A DNA stretch of 64,000 nt, taken from the IMG/VR virus record IMGVR_UViG_3300044295_000401. One strand, written 5' to 3'. Below are positions 7,790-16,118 of the stretch, one piece after another (within the stretch, counting starts at the first letter, position 1; each line of letters opens with the position of its first letter). The notes under the pieces are model-generated. The model made no database searches. It saw only the letters and a list, made by a program, of their open reading frames with translations, and was not told where the DNA came from. A program made the position numbers and the translations under genes. Source of the stretch: an uncultured virus (IMG/VR IMGVR_UViG_3300044295_000401) (Duplodnaviria; Heunggongvirae; Uroviricota; Caudoviricetes).

Positions 7790-8694
7790 TACTCCTCCAA
7801 CAATCCTAATTCTCTAGCTTGTTTTTTTGTAATAGTCTTTTTCTTATTATTAATAATAACTTCAACCATTTCTTCTTCAAGAAGACTAATACCAGTAATT
7901 TGTTTGAATACTTCATCATTATAATTAGGAAGCGATAGAATAAACTTTTTATTAGCATCAGTAAGTTTAGTCCAGTCGCGACGATTAGTTTTTCTAAGAA
8001 ACCCACCAGTTATTTTACTAGAAGGATTATCTTTCTTTTCTTGTTCAGTCATTTCATTTATACAAACCCATTGAAGAATAGGTTTAACGTTTAATGAACG
8101 AATTTGATTTTCAAATTCTTTTGTATATACAAGATTAGAGGGTTTGTTAAATAAGTAAATTGGAACTTTAGTACAGAAATAGCCGCTATTCCCGTCGCCG
8201 CTATTCCAGTCGCCGCTATTCCTGTTGCCGCTATTCCCGTAGCCGCTATTCCTGTTGCCGCTATTCCCGTCGCCGCTATTCCAGTCGCCGCTATTCCAGT
8301 CGCCGCTATTCCTGTTGCCGCTATTCCTGTTGCCGCTATTCCCGTAGCCGCTATTCCTGTTGCCGCTATTCCCGTAGCCGCTATTCCCGTAGCCGCTATT
8401 CCCGTAGCCGCTATTATTATCTAATTCATCTTTAAAAATTTCTCTTATAATAGTAATCTTATTAGTTACAGCTTTATCTCCTTCAATTATAATATCTTCT
8501 GCAAGAATTTCACATACTCTTGTTTCATCATTACGAGAATAATAATTAAATACATCAGATAATTTTTTACAAAAATGAAAACCGTTTTTACAAATAGTTA
8601 AAGTTCCATTAATTTCATATGTTTTTCCAATCTCAAATTGAAATCCACGACATTTAAGATCTTTATCAAATGCTTTATAACCAATATGTTTCAT
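7789..8694 (-). CDS. phage protein with YKAFD...GFHFC N-terminal domain and NSGxx pentapeptide repeats
   Basis: Likely start MKHIGYKAFDKDLKCRGFQFEIG with GGAG SD; 16 NSGxx units; typical LPNY..EVFKQITGI C-terminal segment. Confidence 0.75.
   Translation of the reverse strand: MKHIGYKAFDKDLKCRGFQFEIGKTYEINGTLTICKNGFHFCKKLSDVFNYYSRNDETRVCEILAEDIIIEGDKAVTNKITIIREIFKDELDNNSGYGNSGYGNSGYGNSGNRNSGYGNSGNRNSGNRNSGDWNSGDWNSGDGNSGNRNSGYGNSGNRNSGDWNSGDGNSGYFCTKVPIYLFNKPSNLVYTKEFENQIRSLNVKPILQWVCINEMTEQEKKDNPSSKITGGFLRKTNRRDWTKLTDANKKFILSLPNYNDEVFKQITGISLLEEEMVEVIINNKKKTITKKQARELGLLEE
8182..8415 (-). repeat. 15-bp coding tandem repeat, 16 units: AATAGCGGC plus a variable hexamer
   Basis: Invariant AATAGCGGC followed by TACGGG, AACAGG, GACTGG or GACGGG. 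Confidence 0.95.
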
Positions 8695-8860
8695 TACACT
8701 CTCCAAATAATGAGCCATCCCTCCTGCTATAAGCCGGGTGACTCGAATTGTTTTAAACCCATCATCAGACAAGGTAATACCTTGTGACCCGAATTCCGTT
8801 GTTAGTAATAATAAATACTTATAATAGACGGCGCTTCGGGTTTCGGGTTGTTATGTCCCT

Positions 8861-9043
8861 TTACGCATTGCCCTCCGGTTTATAATAATTAAACATTTTT
8901 CGCACAACTTCTTGACGTTTAGGCGTAATAATATAATCTTTTTCCATTTCTTTTTGGAGATGATCTTTAAACATTTCGCGTTCTACATCTCTTGCAAAAC
9001 ACGCACCTACAAACAAAACACAAGCCATTCCAAACATTACCAT
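8861..9043 (-). CDS. small protein with N-terminal hydrophobic segment
   Basis: GGAGTAGTGT-ATG leader, also found before the starts at 9480 and (as GGGGTAGTGT) 9632. Confidence 0.55.
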   Translation of the reverse strand: MVMFGMACVLFVGACFARDVEREMFKDHLQKEMEKDYIITPKRQEVVRKMFNYYKPEGNA

Positions 9044-9267
9044 ACACTACTCCTGTTTTAAATAATCATTTTTCAATACATATTCATGCTTATAAAATAA
9101 TTGCACATTGTCATATTCGGTTTCAATCATTTTTTTAAAGGTATCCCAAGGCACACGTCTACCTTTAAAAAGATACACCAATGCATCTAGCATTTGTTTA
9201 TCTAAGTATTGCATATACAATAAACACTCCCGTGATAAAGGGGAACCAATAATACTTTACAACATTT

Positions 9268-9480
9268 TTAAACTTTACCATATCTATTCCTTTTCATTGA
9301 ATGGATCTCTACAAGATCATTATAGATTTCCTCTGCTGATAACATTGCTTGCGCTATAGCGGGGAGAAGATAGTAGTTTTTCCGTAGGTATTCTACCATA
9401 TAAGCGAATTGAATACCTTTTCTTCCACCATGTTTCAACTCTTCTTTTAATAGTTCAATAGTTAAAATAGGTTTTTTCAT
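9268..9480 (-). CDS. hypothetical protein
   Basis: 70-aa ORF with GGAGTAGTGT-ATG leader. Confidence 0.55.
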   Translation of the reverse strand: MKKPILTIELLKEELKHGGRKGIQFAYMVEYLRKNYYLLPAIAQAMLSAEEIYNDLVEIHSMKRNRYGKV

Positions 9481-9677
9481 ACACTACTCCCTTAATATTT
9501 TTCTTCAATAAAAGCATCTAACCCTGCTTCTTTTAATGCTTTTACTAATGATGATGCTTCGCGAAATGTAAATACTGTAGTCAATAATACATCTTCATCC
9601 CATTTTATATAATAAACCTTAAAGCTAATCATACACTACCCCCTTTACAGTCTCATCAGGTGCAGCATAACTACACT

Positions 9678-9701
9678 ACGGGGTACTCAATTATACCCCG
9701 T
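9678..9701. terminator. GC-rich hairpin (terminator or processing site)
   Basis: ACGGGGTA / TACCCCGT perfect 8-bp inverted repeat just downstream of the minus-strand ORF ending at 9716. Confidence 0.45.
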
Positions 9702-9715
9702 TTCGACTTGTGGGA

Positions 9716-10024
9716 TTACTCCTTATCAGTCAATTCCGCATCATGCGATTCAATCCAAAGAAGGATTTGTTTACGCAATTCAACAGCTTCCGCGCTATCG
9801 TCAAGCAGCTTTTTCGCTTGCTGCTTATAAAAGAATTTAGGAATACCCAAGCCATTAATTTTAAAACCTACCGTACCTTTACTAGTAGGCGTCACTTGAC
9901 AAGTAACCCCTTTGTTTTGTTTCATCTTCTCACGATTAGCTTTAAGCATAGCTTGCAGCTTTTCATTCTCTTCCTTAAGTTTACGCACCTCTTCAGACTC
10001 AAATACATTTTGTACTGCGCTCAT
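9716..10024 (-). CDS. hypothetical coiled-coil protein (likely start MSAVQNV)
   Basis: AAGGAG SD before the internal ATG; first ORF of the leftward unit. Confidence 0.65.
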   Translation of the reverse strand: MSAVQNVFESEEVRKLKEENEKLQAMLKANREKMKQNKGVTCQVTPTSKGTVGFKINGLGIPKFFYKQQAKKLLDDSAEAVELRKQILLWIESHDAELTDKE

Positions 10025-10091
10025 AATATACTCCTTATTAAAGGCAAGTCTCTTCAGATACAGGATAGCCTTATACCTGTATAACAATTCC

Positions 10092-10675
10092 AGGGTATAT
10101 CATAAGCGACGGTGCAATGTATTAAACATTGTGTCCGTTACGATATACCCTTTCCTTGTTTCGACAGTGTTCGTTTCCTACCGATTAACCCTGTGAGCTT
10201 CACGGCCATGCGGAAACGATATAACGCGGGCCTGATTTTGGTTACCGCGTACTTAGGCGTAATGGGACACGGATTTTATCCGCTGCCTTGTTTAACTAGC
10301 TATCGTTGCGGTATCCTTAAGGCTTCGCTACCTATGCCTACGCTTTGTAGACACTATCCGACCTTTCCCCAAACAACTGTTGGGTTCTATCCATCGGATT
10401 CGCTTTAACTATGCGCCATTATAGCCACGCATAGCTTTACCTTCGATCTATTCCCGCACACTAGGCTAGTACCTAAGTTACCCTATAGCTTTGGTTATAT
10501 AAACCATGCCGGGATTTAGACTGCTTGACCGTCCTTCACGGATTGATACAGTCTGTTGCCTTTACTTGGACTATCCGCCAAGGTTTAGGCTTGTAGTTCT
10601 ATCCTAATCCCCTTCGCCATTCGCGTCAAGGTTAGTTTCAAACTTATGAGAAGCGCCACCTTGTGCCTCTCATAC
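10092..10675 (-). ncRNA. candidate long structured RNA or structured leader
   Basis: No credible ORF; GC-richer than flanks; multiple stems (10092-10151, 10409-10434, 10518-10554, 10645-10674); begins at the predicted +1 of the sigma54-type motif at 10686-10701. Confidence 0.45.
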
Positions 10676-10685
10676 AAACTAGTAA

Positions 10686-10701
10686 AGCATGAGCCATGCC
10701 A
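10686..10701 (-). promoter_or_regulatory. sigma54-type -24/-12 motif
   Basis: TGGCATGGCTCATGCT: GG-N10-GC spacing. Confidence 0.55.
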
Positions 10702-10940
10702 CGATGCAACTAATTGAAAAGATTAAGAACGATCAAACCTAGCTATGTTGAACTTATATACGGGATATTGAAATCATTGGAGAATCCAGATGACACCTAG
10801 ACAGTACGAGATAAGAGACATGTCTATAAGGATACAGCAGCACAATGCGATGCAACATATATAAGGAAGCAAAAGGGGAAAAGACATATACAAGAAAGGA
10901 AGAGAGGAGGAGGTAAGGGAGAGAAAGGGATACTCCCAAT

Positions 10941-10956
10941 AGCAAACATCATGCCA
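10941..10956 (-). promoter_or_regulatory. sigma54-type -24/-12 motif
   Basis: TGGCATGATGTTTGCT matches TGGYAY-N5-TTGCW. Confidence 0.6.
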
Positions 10957-11004
10957 CGATACGCTGGCATACCTTGCAATCGCAAATACCATGCTAGGGA
11001 ATGT

Positions 11005-11020
11005 TGGTATGGATATTGCT
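11005..11020 (+). promoter_or_regulatory. sigma54-type -24/-12 motif
   Basis: TGGTATGGATATTGCT matches TGGYAY-N5-TTGCW. Confidence 0.55.
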
Positions 11021-11258
11021 AAGGAGGGGGGTAGGGTGCTCCTTGGGTCATGTAGCATCAAGCTAATGCAATACATAGATTTTTTCCATTTTATACAATA
11101 GAAACTACTACCTTCATCCTCCATTTTTCTATTTATTTTCTATGAAAAAACATCATTTTTTATACCTTTGTATATATTTGATATTAAAGAAGAATTAGAA
11201 ACGCCATTAATTCGTTATAATTTTATTTTGTATATTGATGCATCTCCATACAGAAAAT

Positions 11259-11269
11259 TTAACAACTAT
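11259..11269 (+). promoter_or_regulatory. TTAACAACTAT motif (putative phage late promoter), copy 1
   Basis: Exact 11-mer seen 8 times, always oriented with the downstream gene. Confidence 0.65.
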
Positions 11270-11274
11270 ACCTG

Positions 11275-11660
11275 AAGCAAGTCTGTCTCAACCGGATACT
11301 TGTGGAATAAGACCTGTACGATGTATTAGCTTTGGCAACTTTAGCGAGGCATCTACAACCAGAATAGCTAGGATAACGAAGAATCCATAAAGGTTATACT
11401 ACCTAAACGCTTACTCTGGAGTTTACCGATCAGCTTTAAGATCGAGTTTAGTTGAGTAATAGCTTATTTTATGTCGTAGTTTTGTATTTTTCTAATACTA
11501 CGATATAAAGTTGCTTCGTTCTCTAAAGTATCATTCGTTAATGATTTATACTTTAACGGGATTAAACAACTAAAGCGTAAGTTAAATGAATTCGTAAAAT
11601 CTCTTAATTTTACTCATTTAAGCGCATGAACGAATATGTAGCGAAGGCTACAGGTATGCC
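11275..11660 (+). ncRNA. candidate structured RNA downstream of the TTAACAACTAT motif
   Basis: ORF-free run of hairpins: 11411-11459, 11468-11509 (13 bp), 11582-11621, 11637-11652. Confidence 0.4.
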
Positions 11661-11666
11661 TTCTGT

Positions 11667-12245
11667 ATGATTAATCAATTAAAATCCATTCCTCTCATTG
11701 GAATCTCTGCTTTTGTAGATGAATCCAATAAATCCATCTTTCTAATGTTCTCTAATTCTTTATTTACCCTTTTTTGTACACATATATACAAATTAAAGCT
11801 TAATATACACGATAATAAGTCTTTACAAGAGGCGTTTAACCGGGGATCTATAGAAGTTCTTAACTTAAAAGAATATAAAGAAGATCCAGGAACTGTTGTT
11901 TTACGTTCTGATTATCAGCGTATTTTAGATGATTACGTTTCTAATGGTTATACAGATATGAGAGCTGGATATAAGGCAATTAACTATCGCCTTAAAACGT
12001 ACGTATTGACCGATTACCGTGTTCCTTCTACTCATGCGCCCCTGGTATATGTTGTAGCTAGATCTCCTAATAGCGGGGAAATGCTGCTTGGTGTATTTAC
12101 TTCTATTCCCGAAGCAGATGAATGGATACAATCTGTATATGGTGATAAACGCTCTGACATTATCCCTGTATATTGTGAGAATGAGTTAACCCGTGATTAT
12201 ATTAGTAAGAATGGGTATGAGATACATAGAGGTAAGGGTAAATAG
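11667..12245 (+). CDS. hypothetical protein with degenerate GIY-YIG-like N-terminus
   Basis: GISAFVDESNKSIFLMFS...H..KLKLNIHDNKSLQEAFN parallels the GIY-YIG pattern but lacks the Tyr and Arg residues. Confidence 0.45.
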   Translation: MINQLKSIPLIGISAFVDESNKSIFLMFSNSLFTLFCTHIYKLKLNIHDNKSLQEAFNRGSIEVLNLKEYKEDPGTVVLRSDYQRILDDYVSNGYTDMRAGYKAINYRLKTYVLTDYRVPSTHAPLVYVVARSPNSGEMLLGVFTSIPEADEWIQSVYGDKRSDIIPVYCENELTRDYISKNGYEIHRGKGK

Positions 12246-12325
12246 AAACATCGTGCGTGATAATACGCTTTTTGTGTTTGCGTTAGCAAACCATATTTAG
12301 AGTATACTTTAGATGATGTTGAGTA

Positions 12326-12354
12326 TTGACTTTTTCTAGAAACTTTGCTATATT
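12326..12354 (+). promoter_or_regulatory. sigma70-type promoter
   Basis: TTGACT-17 nt-TATATT with extended TG; ATG follows 8 nt later (near-leaderless). Confidence 0.65.
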
Positions 12355-12362
12355 GAGTATAT

Positions 12363-12749
12363 ATGAAAAATCATAAAGAAATTAATCGTAAAATTGAATC
12401 TGTTTTAGGTGAATCTAAAGAATATGATGTTCGCTGTGATCTTAGAATTGTCGTGCCTAATGTTTCTTTTGATGAAGCTCAAGCTCATTTAACCTATCTT
12501 CCTGAAGAAGATCGTTATAGATATTCAATTACTTCTGCTCGTCCAGATGATTATTGTGAAGACATTAACTTAGCTTTATCTGCTGCTAAAAAAATAGCAG
12601 AAAAGAATAAACAAACCTTTGTATTATCTCTTGAAGATGGTGAATGGAAAGCTGCTTATGGAGATTGGGGTGATTGTGCTGAATATCGCGGCGCTAATCC
12701 AGCTTATGTTACTTGTATGAGTGTTCTTAAATTTATGGGTAAAATATGA
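12363..12749 (+). CDS. phage ABA-sandwich-like domain protein
   Basis: DYCEDINLA...KI and PAYVTCMSVLK pattern. Confidence 0.5.
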   Translation: MKNHKEINRKIESVLGESKEYDVRCDLRIVVPNVSFDEAQAHLTYLPEEDRYRYSITSARPDDYCEDINLALSAAKKIAEKNKQTFVLSLEDGEWKAAYGDWGDCAEYRGANPAYVTCMSVLKFMGKI

Positions 12750-12958
12750 ATAATATTGAAAAAAAACAATGTAAAGTTTGTGGTGAATTAAAGCAACGTA
12801 TTCAAATGGGAACTTTTCCTAATAAGTCCTGTAAACGTTGGGTAGATGAATCCGGTAAGCAATGGAGTGGTAGAGTTTGTCCACAGTGTCAAGCTAACCG
12901 CGCTAAAGTAAATATGCGTCGTCTACGTTCAGAGCGTAAAAATGAACCATCTACTTAG
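12746..12958 (+). CDS. small zinc-finger protein
   Basis: CKVC ... CPQC. Confidence 0.6.
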   Translation: MNNIEKKQCKVCGELKQRIQMGTFPNKSCKRWVDESGKQWSGRVCPQCQANRAKVNMRRLRSERKNEPST

Positions 12959-13400
12959 AATTTTTCTTTACGTTTCAGCTCTTTATTATGTTCTAGCTAT
13001 AAAGGTTTTGTTTGTAACTTCATATAAAAAAATAGACCCTGAGCTGGTTTCATTTGTTCAGGATTACCATAGTTTTTTGGATAAGTATTGTGACACTGGA
13101 AGATATAACAACACTAATTTCTATAGTATTACTTTCGTTGATGATATGCCTGATGAAGACATAGGGGTATGTTATCGTAAAATAAACGGATATGCCATTG
13201 AAGTTAATAAGCGTTGGTGGAAAGAAACAAATACTCAAGATCATAGACAATTAATGTATCATGAGTTAGCCCATTGTTTAATTGATAAAAACCACGTTGA
13301 AGATAAGTTTAATTATATGAACGCTTATTTTGTTCCTTTATTACATCAAGACCTAGATGACCAAGTAACATTAGATATTTACAATAGGTGTCATGAATGA
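12942..13400 (+). CDS. membrane-anchored zincin-like metallopeptidase
   Basis: N-terminal hydrophobic helix; IGVC and HELAHC..H motif. Confidence 0.7.
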   Translation: MNHLLRIFLYVSALYYVLAIKVLFVTSYKKIDPELVSFVQDYHSFLDKYCDTGRYNNTNFYSITFVDDMPDEDIGVCYRKINGYAIEVNKRWWKETNTQDHRQLMYHELAHCLIDKNHVEDKFNYMNAYFVPLLHQDLDDQVTLDIYNRCHE

Positions 13401-13681
13401 ACTTACCCGATGAGCTTTTAAACATAGCTATTGAAATTGCTGCTTATGAAGAAGAAAGAGCGGAATTAACTAAAACACTTCAAGCTTTAGATGCTGAAAT
13501 GATTAAGGGTAAAGACCAAGATACTCTTCTATATTTACAAGAATCTATTGATCGTTATAAAGAAGTTATTAAAAAGCTTAGAATTTTATTGGAATGTTAT
13601 TTTGATGAGGAAAGAATTCATAATATTCCAACAGATATAAACTATCGTAAATATTATAAATTAATTTGTAATGCCCTTTAA
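13397..13681 (+). CDS. coiled-coil hypothetical protein
   Basis: 94-aa ORF, ATGA overlap with upstream gene. Confidence 0.55.
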   Translation: MNLPDELLNIAIEIAAYEEERAELTKTLQALDAEMIKGKDQDTLLYLQESIDRYKEVIKKLRILLECYFDEERIHNIPTDINYRKYYKLICNAL

Positions 13682-14157
13682 GGCATAAAGACTCTATTGC
13701 CTGACTTTGTGGGGCGAATAGATAGATGAACCCATGTTTTTGTAACAGAAGGGTCTTCCATATACAAGTCACAACGTTCTAATACTTGTAAATCTTTAGC
13801 AATAAATTCTTTTATTTTCCCGTCATTATCTTTAAAGTCAATTGCTTGACATTGACAATGGGCTGAGTTTTTAGAACCGCCAATAGCTATGTTATGCTCT
13901 GGTGTTCTGTAACCACTAGTTACAATCATAGGTACACCATATTCAGCTCTAAATAAATTAACGCGCCTTAGGGTTTCTTCTGCGTTTTTCTTTAACTCAT
14001 CTGAAAGACTATCGTAATCGTTATTACCCATCATTTCTTGAAGCGTAATCATTGAATTTAATTCCTTTTTACAAAATCCACAAGATGGACAACGTAACCA
14101 TCCGTCTAACTTATCATTAATCATATAAGATAGACATGTTGAACAAATTCGTTCCAT
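13678..14157 (-). CDS. peptidase M15 family protein, probable endolysin
   Basis: VTSGYR, HN..GG..NSAH, AID, WVH motifs; N-terminal CxxC/CxxC segment may be a separate unit (alternative start MITLQE). Confidence 0.8.
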   Translation of the reverse strand: MERICSTCLSYMINDKLDGWLRCPSCGFCKKELNSMITLQEMMGNNDYDSLSDELKKNAEETLRRVNLFRAEYGVPMIVTSGYRTPEHNIAIGGSKNSAHCQCQAIDFKDNDGKIKEFIAKDLQVLERCDLYMEDPSVTKTWVHLSIRPTKSGNRVFMP

Positions 14158-14162
14158 GTATA

Positions 14163-15227
14163 TTATTTCTTTAGTAATTTAAGAAGACTAGGATAATTTT
14201 TTAAAATTTGCTGTTCTTCTGGAGTGAATGAACTTGAACCTTTAACAATAGGCATTAATGATTGTTCTAATTCAAAATTCTTAAATGCATTAAAATGCTT
14301 ACCTTTAAAAGCATCTGAAAGTTGTCTTGCTTGTTCAACTTTATTATCTGCCGATAGATCAGATACCGCACTCATACCTTTTGAAAAGGCATCGTTTTTA
14401 TAAGCATCGGTTATACTTTTAGGCGCTTCTAGTCCAGCTTCATTAAAAAGCTTTTTAATTTTATTAAGTTTTTCAGCATCATAATCATTATAGTTGAGAT
14501 ATTGATTTAAGTTTTTCTTTCTTACAATATCATCAATTGCGTGTTCAATTTCGTGACGTAATACGCCAGCATGACCATAGACGTTTTCATTAATAAAATC
14601 AGGATTTAATGCGATCATTTTTTTACCGGGTACATAAACACCACCAGCTCGTTTTAAAGTGTCAGCGCTTAACCCTTTAGCAAGCGGGGAGTTATAATCA
14701 ACCACATCTACTCCCATTTCATTTGCTACATTCCTAAGGTCCTTTAAAGCATCGGCTGCATTTTTACCGCTGCTATCAATAACCCCGGCTCCAGAAACAT
14801 GTAATCCAACGGGATCGTTATATAATACTTTTCTTAGGGTATGTCCTAGATCTTCACCTTCTTTTGATTCTAGGTAATGAGCTACGCGGCTTCTAGCACC
14901 TTTAGGACCGAGAATACCAGCTACTGCAGCTCCCATTCCGCCTTTACCTACAAGGGACTTAAGAGCTAAGTTTCCAGCAGCTTTAATTTCTCCTGGACCT
15001 AAATATTCATAAGGGGCGTCTGTGTCTTCTAATTTGTCATCTGAAGTAGATCCCATAGGATACATACCACTTCTTTGTTTTTGCTTAACTGCACGAAGCG
15101 TATCTTGTGCTTCTTTTTCTGGATCAGAGCTAGGAATATAACCAGGAATAGCCGCAACAGAAGCAGCATCTGGCGCTTCTGCTTTCTCTGGGCTGAGCAT
15201 ATCTTTTAAGAATTTAAATGATGACAT
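14163..15227 (-). CDS. protein with zincin HExxH motif, possibly virion-associated
   Basis: GGVY...IALN...VLRHEIEHAID; preceded by a TTAACAACTAT motif. Confidence 0.6.
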   Translation of the reverse strand: MSSFKFLKDMLSPEKAEAPDAASVAAIPGYIPSSDPEKEAQDTLRAVKQKQRSGMYPMGSTSDDKLEDTDAPYEYLGPGEIKAAGNLALKSLVGKGGMGAAVAGILGPKGARSRVAHYLESKEGEDLGHTLRKVLYNDPVGLHVSGAGVIDSSGKNAADALKDLRNVANEMGVDVVDYNSPLAKGLSADTLKRAGGVYVPGKKMIALNPDFINENVYGHAGVLRHEIEHAIDDIVRKKNLNQYLNYNDYDAEKLNKIKKLFNEAGLEAPKSITDAYKNDAFSKGMSAVSDLSADNKVEQARQLSDAFKGKHFNAFKNFELEQSLMPIVKGSSSFTPEEQQILKNYPSLLKLLKK

Positions 15228-15233
15228 GTACTT

Positions 15234-15244
15234 ATAGTTGTTAA
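15234..15244 (-). promoter_or_regulatory. TTAACAACTAT motif, copy 2
   Basis: Reverse-strand copy 6 nt before the ATG at 15227. Confidence 0.65.
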
Positions 15245-15284
15245 ATTAATTTTATTATATAATATATTTAGAAAAATCTTATTT

Positions 15285-15295
15285 TTAACAACTAT
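15285..15295 (+). promoter_or_regulatory. TTAACAACTAT motif, copy 3
   Basis: Back-to-back with copy 2; upstream of the terminase operon. Confidence 0.65.
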
Positions 15296-15399
15296 TAGCA
15301 GAAGATACAAATCAAAGGACACCGCCACATTAAGGCAATTACAAATAAGGTCATCACGATTTAATTTCTTCAATAATTTTAATCATTTAGAGGTTTATA

Positions 15400-15684
15400 A
15401 TGAAATTAGACCGCTACCTTCTTATTGCCTTATTTGCAGGTTATGTTGCAAAGGCTTTAATTATGAGCGCATCTTTTTCGGATGCTGCTATCGTTTTAGT
15501 GCTCGCTGCTGCACATTTTGCTTTTAATTCACAAATTCAAAATAAACAAATTACCGAATTAAAACAACAAGTTAATGATTTATCTAATTTAGTAAATCAA
15601 CTCAAAGACGAAACTAAAGAACTCAAAACGACCGTTGCTGGTGTTAAAATTGCCAGCGGATTACGTCCTGTTGCGCATAAATAA
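15400..15684 (+). CDS. two-TM plus coiled-coil protein (holin-like?)
   Basis: Two hydrophobic helices then heptad pattern; GAGG SD. Confidence 0.5.
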   Translation: MKLDRYLLIALFAGYVAKALIMSASFSDAAIVLVLAAAHFAFNSQIQNKQITELKQQVNDLSNLVNQLKDETKELKTTVAGVKIASGLRPVAHK

Positions 15685-15686
15685 TT

Positions 15687-16118
15687 ATGGATATCAATCA
15701 ACTTACAGAAAACTTTAAAAATTTTGATGAATTAAAAGTTTTTTGTGAATCTCAATTTCGTCAACTTCTTAATTTATCTAAGAAAAATAAAGAGTTAGAA
15801 GATAAAATTAGCGAGTTAAATAAAAAAATTAAAGAGCAAAATAAGCAAGAATTAATTCAAGCTTCTAATAACGCTCAAAATGTGTTAACACCCGATTTTA
15901 AAGTTTTAGATGATGCTAAAACTATTTCACAAGTTCAATTAAAATTACTTAAAGAAGCGTCTTTTGATAGAGAATTAACTTTAGAAGAAGCTAAACGAGT
16001 TGAAATCTTTAATCGTATTTTAAATGAAGAGAAAAAAGACGATAAAAAAACTTTAAAAGCCGATGCTAAAGTTTTAAAAGAAGAAGATTTATTAAAACTT
16101 ATTGAAAATGGAAACTAA
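15687..16118 (+). CDS. hypothetical protein, positional candidate for terminase small subunit
   Basis: Immediately upstream of and overlapping the terL gene. Confidence 0.4.
   Translation: MDINQLTENFKNFDELKVFCESQFRQLLNLSKKNKELEDKISELNKKIKEQNKQELIQASNNAQNVLTPDFKVLDDAKTISQVQLKLLKEASFDRELTLEEAKRVEIFNRILNEEKKDDKKTLKADAKVLKEEDLLKLIENGN

Noticed and set aside
8182..8415. CRISPR array
   Set aside because: Period is 15 bp with 6-nt variable parts, in frame inside a protein gene; no spacer-length unique sequences and no cas genes
10965..10978. TGGCATACCTTGCA as another sigma54 site
   Set aside because: GG-to-GC spacing is 8 rather than the required 10
10112..11124. Track ORFs 10112..10408, 10754..10945 and 10774..11124
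   Set aside because: Atypical composition, no clear SD, overlap with hairpins, purine tracts and promoter-like motifs; treated as non-coding
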